A stretch of DNA of 25,776 nucleotides. Origin: an uncultured virus (IMG/VR IMGVR_UViG_3300028025_004073). Taxonomy: Duplodnaviria; Heunggongvirae; Uroviricota; Caudoviricetes. The stretch lies in the IMG/VR virus record IMGVR_UViG_3300028025_004073; one strand, given 5' to 3'. Made by a program: the position numbers and the translations under genes. Positions 16,999 through 24,094 of the stretch are shown one piece after another; position 1 is the stretch's first letter, and every line of letters starts with the position of its first letter. The notes under the pieces are model-generated. The model saw nothing but the letters and a program-made list of their open reading frames with translations, was not told the origin of the DNA and ran no database searches.

Positions 16999-17877
16999 AT
17001 GGCTAATAACCCTTTCGGCGGTGTCCCTCAGCAGAATATGTCTGCCCCAACTGGGCAGATTCAAGGTGGAAACTTTGCAGCCCCACAGCCATACAACGCT
17101 GGTACTGGTTCTATGCAACGTAACTGGGGTGCAACTTCTGGCCCACCACAACAAGACAGCATGCTTGCACAAGGTATGAATGCATGGATGATGAATCCTG
17201 CAAACCGAAATAACTTTTACAACTATCGTGCTGGTCGTGGTGGTGGTGGTCGTGGGTTCTGGGGTCGTGGAAGAAAACAACAGCAACAGCAACCGCAAGG
17301 TCCACAAAGCCCATCAACTACATATACGATCAACCTTGATCAACGAGCAACTTTTGGTGATCAAACAAACCTTGGGCGTGGTGACTTTGGTGGAGGATCT
17401 GCTGGAGTTCAATTTCAACAACCAACAGGTCAGCAACCAGTAGGGCAGAACCCAGCAGGGCAAACTCCCAGGCAACGCCCACAGTTAACCCAAGAGCAAA
17501 GGGATCGTAGAAACGCTACTGCTCGTGCTCGCCGTTCTCTTGCTACGGACATTGCAAAGAATGGAACTCCAGATCAACAACAGCGCATTCAACAACAGGG
17601 TGTTGCTGGTGGTAGGGTTCGTCAACCACGACAGCCTAAAACTGCTGCACAATCTACGCCTGCGATGCAACCACCTGCTGCTACCAACACAAACACTAGC
17701 GCAAACGTAAACAACGCCCCACAAATTTACGCCCCTAAAAATGGTGGTGCTTCAACAGGTACTTCTGGTGCTCCAGGCAACCCATTTATTTCAATTGGTG
17801 GAATGCGTGGTGGAAATGCACAATCTGGTGGTGCTTCAGCACAAGGTGCTGATTTTGATAGAATTAATATCTACTGA
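16999..17877 (+). CDS. Q/N/G-rich low-complexity protein (292 aa)
   Basis: Poly-Q, RGG-like tract, very few acidic residues; carries the second TFGDQTNLGRGDFGGG copy. Confidence 0.8.
   Translation: MANNPFGGVPQQNMSAPTGQIQGGNFAAPQPYNAGTGSMQRNWGATSGPPQQDSMLAQGMNAWMMNPANRNNFYNYRAGRGGGGRGFWGRGRKQQQQQPQGPQSPSTTYTINLDQRATFGDQTNLGRGDFGGGSAGVQFQQPTGQQPVGQNPAGQTPRQRPQLTQEQRDRRNATARARRSLATDIAKNGTPDQQQRIQQQGVAGGRVRQPRQPKTAAQSTPAMQPPAATNTNTSANVNNAPQIYAPKNGGASTGTSGAPGNPFISIGGMRGGNAQSGGASAQGADFDRINIY
17350..17397 (+). repeat. 48-nt dispersed repeat, copy 2
   Basis: Matches 14781-14828 at 44/48 positions. Confidence 0.95.
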
Positions 17878-17891
17878 GTAAAAGGATCTTT

Positions 17892-18092
17892 ATGCAAAAC
17901 ATGGAACGCTCCGCAAACGCTGATCTCCGCAAAGGAATCATGGATGGAACATACAAATCGCTTACCCCAGATCGTGGTGGTGATGTTGAGATGGAGTATG
18001 TAACCAAGCGAAATATTGTTGCTCCACCTCAGTACGGGATTACTCCTCGTAACCCAATGGCTGAGGCAACTGAACCAGTAATTAGCCTCTAA
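17892..18092 (+). CDS. Hypothetical protein (66 aa)
   Basis: AAAGGA RBS; fits the gene spacing. Confidence 0.7.
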   Translation: MQNMERSANADLRKGIMDGTYKSLTPDRGGDVEMEYVTKRNIVAPPQYGITPRNPMAEATEPVISL

Positions 18093-18103
18093 AAGGTTGT
18101 AAT

Positions 18104-18439
18104 GTGGGTGACATTGTTGATATGGCGGAGTTCCGCAAGAAGAAGGCTGAACGCCAATTAAGTCAACGCCAGTTCCACCCTGCTGGTCAGGGTCTGTTTG
18201 GTGACGCTAAAAAGCAGATTGATGAAAGACTGTTTCACCAAAAGACTTTTGATCTTTTGAAAGGATTTCCAGACCAGACAATTCATGAGTTAGGTTCTGG
18301 TTTTGGTCATATTCCGAAGCAGATGGATATTATGAAGATGAAAGACTTGGACTATGATACTGTACGGTGGGATTTAGCGATGAATCCAGATTTTCATTAC
18401 ACATTAGGTCAAGCATTTAAGGACACTGATAATGAGTGA
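18104..18439 (+). CDS. Hypothetical protein (111 aa)
   Basis: AAAGGT upstream of GTG; starts MGDIVDMAEFRKKK. Confidence 0.7.
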   Translation: MGDIVDMAEFRKKKAERQLSQRQFHPAGQGLFGDAKKQIDERLFHQKTFDLLKGFPDQTIHELGSGFGHIPKQMDIMKMKDLDYDTVRWDLAMNPDFHYTLGQAFKDTDNE

Positions 18440-18611
18440 TAAAAAAGGTGCAAAGAAGGTTGCCAAAGTACTGAAAGAATATGCCAAAGGCGATCTTCAT
18501 TCAGGTTCTAAAGAAGGTCCTACGGTTACTTCCAAGAAGCAGGCAATTGCGATAGCATTGTCTGAAGCAGGTCAATCCAAAAAACAAACCAAGAAAAAGG
18601 CAGGTAAGTAA
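18432..18611 (+). CDS. 59-aa Lys-rich protein, DUF6496-like (not in the ORF track)
   Basis: MSDKKGAKKVAKVLKEYAKGDLHSGSKEGPTVTSKKQAIAIALSEAGQSKKQTKKKAGK*; the LHSG...KQAIAIALSEA motif is recognisable. Confidence 0.8.
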   Translation: MSDKKGAKKVAKVLKEYAKGDLHSGSKEGPTVTSKKQAIAIALSEAGQSKKQTKKKAGK

Positions 18612-18612
18612 T

Positions 18613-18717
18613 ATGTGTGCAGAATGTGGTTGCATGATGACAGATAAAAAAGCACCAGGTTATGGCAAGGGCAAAAAGAAAGCCGCTAAAAAAGCCGTTA
18701 AGAAGAAAAAGAAATAA
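18613..18717 (+). CDS. 34-aa CxxCGC + poly-Lys micro-protein (not in the ORF track)
   Basis: MCAECGCMMTDKKAPGYGKGKKKAAKKAVKKKKK*; starts 1 nt after the upstream stop. Confidence 0.7.
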   Translation: MCAECGCMMTDKKAPGYGKGKKKAAKKAVKKKKK

Positions 18718-18719
18718 CT

Positions 18720-18773
18720 ATGGCTTGCAAATCATGTGGTTGTTCTTGTAAGGACAAAAAGAAGAAGAAATAA
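18720..18773 (+). CDS. 17-aa CxxCGCxC + poly-Lys micro-peptide (not in the ORF track)
   Basis: MACKSCGCSCKDKKKKK*; same architecture as the upstream ORF; stop overlaps the next ATG (TAATG). Confidence 0.6.
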   Translation: MACKSCGCSCKDKKKKK

Positions 18774-18937
18774 TGGCTTCTAAAAAAGACGTTTGGGATA
18801 AACCAAATCCTAAAAAGAAATCAACTAAATTGACCCCTGAGCAAAAATCAGAGGCAAAGGCTCGTGCCAAGGCTGCTGGTCGCCCATACCCAAACTTAGT
18901 TGACAACATGGCTGTCAGTAAAAAGGGTAAAAAGTAA
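18773..18937 (+). CDS. 54-aa basic protein (not in the ORF track)
   Basis: MASKKDVWDKPNPKKKSTKLTPEQKSEAKARAKAAGRPYPNLVDNMAVSKKGKK*; TAATG-coupled at both ends, the second time into dps. Confidence 0.8.
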   Translation: MASKKDVWDKPNPKKKSTKLTPEQKSEAKARAKAAGRPYPNLVDNMAVSKKGKK

Positions 18938-19371
18938 TGGCAAAACTTGCTGATTCTCTCAAAACATTAATGTCTGATGTTGTCACGGAGTACTTCGTGG
19001 CGCACGGATACCACTGGAACGTAGAAGGGTCTGATTTTAGCCAATATCACGCTTTGTTTGAAGAGATTTACAGCGATGTTTATGGGAGCATTGATCCTCT
19101 TGCTGAGAACCTTCGCAAGTTGGATGTTTATGCCCCGTTTAGCCTCAAAACCTTCTTGGACAGCCGTACAGTAGAATCCAAGGAAGTAAAGCCAGACCCT
19201 AAAGCAATGGCTAAAGAGTTACTGCGTATTAATGATGAAGTTGCCAAATCAGTCAAGGTAGCATTTGATGCGGCAATTAAAGAGGATCAACAAGGAATTG
19301 CCAACTTCCTTGCTGATCGGATCGATATGCATGCAAAGTGGAGTTGGCAACTAAAATCATCAACTAAATAA
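18937..19371 (+). CDS. dps: Dps family mini-ferritin
   Basis: HWNVEGSDFSQYHALFEEIY...DPLAENLRKL carries the ferroxidase H/H/D/E pattern; HAKWSWQL C-terminal helix; 144 aa. Confidence 0.93.
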   Translation: MAKLADSLKTLMSDVVTEYFVAHGYHWNVEGSDFSQYHALFEEIYSDVYGSIDPLAENLRKLDVYAPFSLKTFLDSRTVESKEVKPDPKAMAKELLRINDEVAKSVKVAFDAAIKEDQQGIANFLADRIDMHAKWSWQLKSSTK

Positions 19372-19395
19372 CAAGTTCATAGAAAGTAGTACAAC

Positions 19396-19854
19396 ATGCC
19401 AAGACTTCTAGTTTGCAATTCTTGCGGAACAATGCACAAAATGCGTGATTATGACGGTAACGCAGATAATGACATGGAGTTGCAAGAAATTATCAAGATG
19501 CATCTTGCTCGTGCTCAAAACCCTGCCCCTGAAGCACACTTGTCTCAAATCTTCCGTTGTGACCAAGCAACATATGATGCCCTTGACGGTGAGACAGGGA
19601 TCAAAAAAGAATTGATGAAGAATGAGATTGAGGTTCGTGAAGTTCGTGATGACCTCAAAGTAGAAGCCCTCAAATGCTTCCAACGCCACGGTGCTCCTAA
19701 AGGCAGTTGCATTGACTGGGAAGATGAATCTAAGACGATTGGTCGCAAGACTGGTGTTCCAAAAGAACAATGGCAGTACCTTTGCCATTTCTGCCCAGTA
19801 GGTTCAGGTTACGTAGCAACCAAAGAACGTAAAGCGATGGGCATGTACAACTGA
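19396..19854 (+). CDS. Cys-rich hypothetical protein, probable metal binding
   Basis: CNSC at the N-terminus; CFQRH...C...CHFC near the C-terminus. Confidence 0.75.
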   Translation: MPRLLVCNSCGTMHKMRDYDGNADNDMELQEIIKMHLARAQNPAPEAHLSQIFRCDQATYDALDGETGIKKELMKNEIEVREVRDDLKVEALKCFQRHGAPKGSCIDWEDESKTIGRKTGVPKEQWQYLCHFCPVGSGYVATKERKAMGMYN

Positions 19855-20336
19855 TGCTTGTTGTTACTTTTGATGTATTAGCGTATGCAAATACTGACAA
19901 AGCGTTCTCCCCTGGTGCAAGACAACCTATTCCCGATGGTCAAAAACTGTACGAAGCGTTATTTGCACGGTACAACGGAAGACTTATCATTTTGGGGACT
20001 GATGTTGGTGCTGAGATTTTGACAGAGTGGGCAAAACGTGAAGGTTATAAATTTGCCACTGTTGAGGTAGCCAAGTCTGGAAAACCTTCAGATGTACGTG
20101 ACCGTGTACGGGACTTGAACGCCGTATACGGAAAAATTGACTGGTTTGTAGACACCAATCCTGAAACTGTTACTTTGGTAATGCAGGATGCTATTCCTTG
20201 CCTTTTGATGTGCTTGCCCAACTTTGTACGCCCAGAATGGCGAAATGATAAGCCTAGGGAAAGAAAGGTCTGGACAGACCTGACTCGTGAACTTGAAGTA
20301 CAGTCGTTGTACCGCACTAATGGAGGTGACGAGTGA
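19854..20336 (+). CDS. HAD-superfamily-like protein, degenerate motif I
   Basis: N-terminal hydrophobic strand LVVTFDVL (TxD where DxD is expected), LIILGT strand and WFVDTNP motif IV-like; TGATG-coupled. Confidence 0.45.
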   Translation: MLVVTFDVLAYANTDKAFSPGARQPIPDGQKLYEALFARYNGRLIILGTDVGAEILTEWAKREGYKFATVEVAKSGKPSDVRDRVRDLNAVYGKIDWFVDTNPETVTLVMQDAIPCLLMCLPNFVRPEWRNDKPRERKVWTDLTRELEVQSLYRTNGGDE

Positions 20337-21769
20337 AAATCTATTTTGCTAATGCCGAAAAGTCCTCTCACCGATCTTTGCTGTCCGCTTCTGGGGTAAC
20401 CAGATACGCCATAAACCTCACCCATTTGGCTGTGCCTAAGAAAAAAGAACTAGATTTATCTGTAATGTGCAATGGCGGTGAGGTCGTTTTGTACACTTCA
20501 GAAAGTGACGAAGATGTCACTCGTTACGATGATTTCCTACGTCAGCACTACGAAAACATTGCAATGGTCATTGGTCGCCCTGATTATGATGGGGCATGGC
20601 TAAACGAACGGTATATTCCTTTATGGAATGATGGTGACGATTTAGAGCGTTTGGCGTATTTATGCCAACGTCATGGCAGGGCCGCAGTCAGCGATAAGGC
20701 TGTAAACGGTAAAAACATTTCCCGTATTCGTAACCTCATTCAGAGGTGGGATGCCAAGTTAGTGGGGTTGTCATCTAAACCAGATGTCATTGAATCACTA
20801 CCTTGGGATTCAGTAGTCGTGGGGTCGTGGACATCGGCTGTGCGTTACGGGGAAACTCAGGTATGGGATGGTCACGGTCTACGCCGATACCCAGCACAGC
20901 AAAAAGATTCCGCCCGAAAGAAACACCGAGCCGACATTATTCGGTTAGGAATTGACTATGAACAGATAGTACAAGACGATAATGCTGAGGTTGCAAAGTT
21001 GGCAATCAAGTCTTGGCAAGCGTGGGAGCAAGGTGCTTTTGGGGTCTATGACCCTACAAATGACGATGACGAACAAGAAATAGGTCTATCGGAAAATAGT
21101 ACAAATCCTAATGATTTGCAAAATATTGGTAATGTCCAAAATGTGGCTTCTGGGGGTACAAGTATTATGATTAGGGGTGCTGACAAGCGGCACGAAGACG
21201 AAAAAGTATTATTACCAGTTATCGGTATCCAGAACATCACACCACAAATTGCTGAAAACCTTACAGAACTTGAAGATGAGGGCAATTCTGAGGCTTTTTC
21301 AACACCTGTTTTGCAGTATCAAAGTAACCTTTTGAGGCAGTGCAATCATTGTTATTTGTCCAGCCGTTGTCCTGCATTCAAGGAGAATTCTGATTGTGGA
21401 TTCAAATTGCCCGTAGAGATCAAAACTAAAGATCAGTTACAGGCTGCGATGAGGGCATTGTTGGAGATGCAAATGAGCCGAGTGCTGTTTGCTCGCTTTG
21501 CCGAAGAACTGGAAGGTCAAGGTCTTGACCCAGCATTGTCCGATGAGGTTGAGCGGTTGTTCTCTTTAGTTGAGAAGTTCAAAGACATTTCAGACACTCG
21601 TGATGTCATGCGTCTTGAGGTTGAAGCACGTGGCGGTGCAGGAGTACTTAGTCGTATCTTTGGCGCTCAAGTAGGCGAAGCCACCAGGCAACTTACAGGT
21701 GGTGGTTTGAATGCTAACCAGGCTGACAGTATGTACGCAGACATCCTTGATCTTTCGGATGAGGCTTGA
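20333..21769 (+). CDS. Multidomain protein: possible degenerate TGT/DpdA-like barrel + acidic linker + 4-Cys cluster + helical C-terminus
   Basis: ORF is clear (478 aa, GTGA overlap, GGAGG upstream). YIPLWN and LPWDSVVVGSWTSAVRYG recall TGT-like 'IPVxH' and 'PFxSxDSxSW...xG'; CNHC-x5-C-x8-C. Family call is tentative. Confidence 0.45.
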   Translation: MKIYFANAEKSSHRSLLSASGVTRYAINLTHLAVPKKKELDLSVMCNGGEVVLYTSESDEDVTRYDDFLRQHYENIAMVIGRPDYDGAWLNERYIPLWNDGDDLERLAYLCQRHGRAAVSDKAVNGKNISRIRNLIQRWDAKLVGLSSKPDVIESLPWDSVVVGSWTSAVRYGETQVWDGHGLRRYPAQQKDSARKKHRADIIRLGIDYEQIVQDDNAEVAKLAIKSWQAWEQGAFGVYDPTNDDDEQEIGLSENSTNPNDLQNIGNVQNVASGGTSIMIRGADKRHEDEKVLLPVIGIQNITPQIAENLTELEDEGNSEAFSTPVLQYQSNLLRQCNHCYLSSRCPAFKENSDCGFKLPVEIKTKDQLQAAMRALLEMQMSRVLFARFAEELEGQGLDPALSDEVERLFSLVEKFKDISDTRDVMRLEVEARGGAGVLSRIFGAQVGEATRQLTGGGLNANQADSMYADILDLSDEA

Positions 21770-21794
21770 CAAGACCATTCATAGGTTGTACGCT
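21766..21794 (+). promoter_or_regulatory. Housekeeping-sigma-type promoter
   Basis: TTGACA (21766-71), 17-nt spacer, TACGCT (21789-94), at an intergenic gap. Confidence 0.7.
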
Positions 21795-21821
21795 TGTACA
21801 TAACCTAGGAAATGGGGTTTT

Positions 21822-22061
21822 ATGGAGTCATTTGAGTTTGCAGTAATTCAAGACCTTCAAGTATCGCTTGCTCGTGCGTACGATGACAAGCAGGCTCTTC
21901 GCCAGATGATTGAAGCAATGGCTAAGAAGTTGGAAATGGCAGAATCTGTTGCCAAGACCGCTTCCTCGTATTGCCAGTCGTTGGTCAATGAAGACGAAAA
22001 TGCTGATGATGTCTTGGGTGTCCTAATCCAATCAGTTCACCATTGGAGTACAGAGAAGTAA
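21822..22061 (+). CDS. Hypothetical coiled-coil protein (79 aa)
   Basis: First ORF after the promoter; heptad-like helices. Confidence 0.7.
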   Translation: MESFEFAVIQDLQVSLARAYDDKQALRQMIEAMAKKLEMAESVAKTASSYCQSLVNEDENADDVLGVLIQSVHHWSTEK

Positions 22062-22101
22062 ATCTGTACTAAGGTATTCCTAATACGGATATTAGGAGTA
22101 C
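22047..22101 (+). promoter_or_regulatory. Two adjacent hairpins, the second sequestering an RBS
   Basis: AGTACAGA/TCTGTACT (22047-70, 8 bp) and GTATTCCTAATA-CGGA-TATTAGGAGTAC (22074-101, 12 bp with one G-U) covering the AGGAG before ATG 22105. Confidence 0.55.
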
Positions 22102-22104
22102 ATA

Positions 22105-22326
22105 ATGGGTGGACAAATATGGTCATGGGTGCTTGCCATCTTTGGAGTTACGGGAATGTGGTACGTGGGAAAGAAACACGCTCACGCATTCTTTTTTCTT
22201 TCAGTCAATGAATTGCTTTGGATTATTTTTGCTATTCAAACCAAACAATACGGATTTATATTCATGGCCTTCTGTTACGCCACCGTATATCTTCGTAATG
22301 GTCTGAAATGGTTACAGGAAAAGTAA
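22105..22326 (+). CDS. Small membrane protein, PnuC-like three-helix unit
   Basis: 73 aa with three hydrophobic segments; WSWVL..GV.GMW..GKK...LW...QYG pattern. Confidence 0.65.
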   Translation: MGGQIWSWVLAIFGVTGMWYVGKKHAHAFFFLSVNELLWIIFAIQTKQYGFIFMAFCYATVYLRNGLKWLQEK

Positions 22327-22403
22327 TGACAAAGGTATTCATTGTTATTGCGCTTGCTTGTTACTACATGGCTTTTCGTTCTAGTATGAATGAGAATTCG
22401 TAG
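22326..22403 (+). CDS. 25-aa hydrophobic micro-protein (not in the ORF track)
   Basis: MTKVFIVIALACYYMAFRSSMNENS*; TAATG overlap upstream and TAGTG overlap downstream. Confidence 0.5.
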   Translation: MTKVFIVIALACYYMAFRSSMNENS

Positions 22404-22834
22404 TGGCTGATTTTCATCTGAGGAACTACTCAGAAGACATCATGGCAGAAGGAGTAAACAAAGAGTTTATGAGAACGCTTGCTCACATCCTCTTACCGCA
22501 CGTATACATTGTTGGTACTTGCGTACACAGCGATTCAGAAGAAAACGTGAACACAGCAATTGACGTTGCTGATGATCTATACACAAGTGGTATTTGTTTG
22601 CCAGTTATTCCTGCACTCACTTACTACTGGGAAAAACGTCACCCAAGAGGTTATGAGTTTTACAACGAATATTGCTTTCAGATAATGAAACGCTGCGATG
22701 CTGTTTTTGTTGATGAGATTCAAGAAGGTGCTGACTGGCATATTGATGAACTTGCTGAAGCACAACGCTTAGGTCTTCCAATCTTCTGGTCATCAGGAGA
22801 CTTACAAAATTGGGTAGAAGACGGAGCAGAATGA
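22403..22834 (+). CDS. Nucleoside 2-deoxyribosyltransferase-like (DUF4406/DUF1937-type) protein
   Basis: VYIVG...N...A...A..L...G..PVIP...MKRCDAVF...ELAEAQRLGLPIF pattern. Start could be 22442. Confidence 0.65.
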   Translation: MADFHLRNYSEDIMAEGVNKEFMRTLAHILLPHVYIVGTCVHSDSEENVNTAIDVADDLYTSGICLPVIPALTYYWEKRHPRGYEFYNEYCFQIMKRCDAVFVDEIQEGADWHIDELAEAQRLGLPIFWSSGDLQNWVEDGAE

Positions 22835-23247
22835 TAACAACACCTGACTGGATGTCAGATTCTTTATGTAGAAAAAAACACGGAGACATTTGGTTTCCAC
22901 CGTTTGAAACGACAACTCCAGAAATCAATTACGCAATAGCAAAAAAAGTCTGCAATGTCTGTCCAGTTTGGGCAGACTGTTTGTCGTTTGGTAAGAAAGA
23001 AATATACGGAGTGTGGGGTGGGCTAACACCACAGGAACGATTGCCAATGCAAAAAGAATCAAAGCAACAATTTCTTGCTGAACACGGGACTGTTACACGT
23101 TACCGTCAAGGATGCATTTGCCCCATTTGCTGTGAAGCGCATGATGATATGGAAGACACAGAATATGTGCTTATTGAAGAAATCCCCAATATTGGAGATA
23201 AATTGCCCGATCTAAAAAAGTTGCTCAAGAGGTTGTTAGAGGGCTGA
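22831..23247 (+). CDS. whiB: WhiB family transcription factor with C-terminal Cys/His extension
   Basis: W...LC...WFP...CNVCPVWADC...YGVWGGLTPQER; then HGT..RY..GCICPIC; ATGA overlap fixes the start at 22831. Confidence 0.92.
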   Translation: MITTPDWMSDSLCRKKHGDIWFPPFETTTPEINYAIAKKVCNVCPVWADCLSFGKKEIYGVWGGLTPQERLPMQKESKQQFLAEHGTVTRYRQGCICPICCEAHDDMEDTEYVLIEEIPNIGDKLPDLKKLLKRLLEG

Positions 23248-23287
23248 CATCGTGTAAACTAGTAGTGCTCCCCATATCGAGCCTTGC

Positions 23288-23317
23288 GCCCCATACTTCA
23301 ATGGATGGGGCTTTTTT
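23288..23317 (+). terminator. Rho-independent terminator
   Basis: GCCCCAT-N10-ATGGGGC followed by TTTTTT in a 93-nt intergenic region. Confidence 0.7.
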
Positions 23318-23340
23318 ATTACCCGAACAAAGGATGATGA

Positions 23341-23871
23341 ATGCTTAGATTGTCGGAAATACTCAGAACTATTGCGCTGACAGGAAACCTTGTCCTCGCT
23401 TCCATTTTTTCTGTAATGTCCCCAAACACAGCAAGTACACCAGAATCTGTTTACCCAAAAACCCCAATACAAGTTGAGCCATATTTGATTGTGCCAACTA
23501 CAACCACAACGATTCCAGAACCCATTGACCCAAGAATCCCAGCAGATAAGTCAAAGAGATGCCCTCAGTTTGAGCAGGCATTTCGTGACTACGGTTTAGT
23601 CCCTGTGCAAGTGTTTTCGTATATTGCATGGCGTGAAAGCGGTTGTAATCCAGATGCAGTAAATGCTAAGTGGAAAAATGGAAAGATCGTTTGGACACTC
23701 AATAAGAATGGCTCATACGATAGCGGCCTTCTACAAGTCAATTCTTCATGGCAGACCGTAACAAGAAACATTTGTGGCGGAGAAATAAAACTTCTCAGAA
23801 CACTTGACTGCAACCTAAAAGTAAGCAAGTATTTACTTGATAATGGTGGATTGAGGCATTGGAGTTTATAA
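23341..23871 (+). CDS. Secreted or membrane-anchored SLT/lysozyme-like transglycosylase
   Basis: Hydrophobic N-terminal segment, Pro/Thr linker, IAWRESGCNP (catalytic ES), SGLLQVN, terminal GLRHW. Confidence 0.85.
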   Translation: MLRLSEILRTIALTGNLVLASIFSVMSPNTASTPESVYPKTPIQVEPYLIVPTTTTTIPEPIDPRIPADKSKRCPQFEQAFRDYGLVPVQVFSYIAWRESGCNPDAVNAKWKNGKIVWTLNKNGSYDSGLLQVNSSWQTVTRNICGGEIKLLRTLDCNLKVSKYLLDNGGLRHWSL

Positions 23872-24038
23872 TGTCAAAAGGAACAACGTATCTTTGCCCT
23901 TGGTGTAACCACAAGGTAATTTTATATGTGAGAACTAATTTCCCACCCATGCATCAATGTGGTGGTAGTACCCTTCCCGAAAAGTACCTTCCTATGCATG
24001 AGTTCCCTTCTAAGGCTGAAAAAGAATCTAAAGAATAG
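23871..24038 (+). CDS. 55-aa zinc-ribbon-like protein (not in the ORF track)
   Basis: MSKGTTYLCPWCNHKV...MHQCGG...; TAATG-coupled; fills the gap. Confidence 0.6.
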   Translation: MSKGTTYLCPWCNHKVILYVRTNFPPMHQCGGSTLPEKYLPMHEFPSKAEKESKE

Positions 24039-24040
24039 GG

Positions 24041-24069
24041 TTGTCGTCAGCGTAGAAAACCAGTAATGT
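24041..24069 (+). promoter_or_regulatory. Probable housekeeping-sigma promoter
   Basis: TTGTCG, 17-nt spacer, TAATGT; intergenic; followed by AAAGGAG and ATG 24095. Confidence 0.5.
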
Positions 24070-24094
24070 CATGCTCCTAGACAAAGGAGCAACA

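Noticed and set aside
14781..17397. Diversity-generating retroelement template/variable repeat pair
   Set aside because: No reverse transcriptase in view; the mismatches (T/G, T/C, T/A, C/A) are synonymous and not adenine-specific; the repeat is only 48 nt.
23248..23340. c-di-AMP (ydaO) riboswitch upstream of the muralytic gene
   Set aside because: The context fits, but 93 nt is short and I see none of the conserved ydaO elements.
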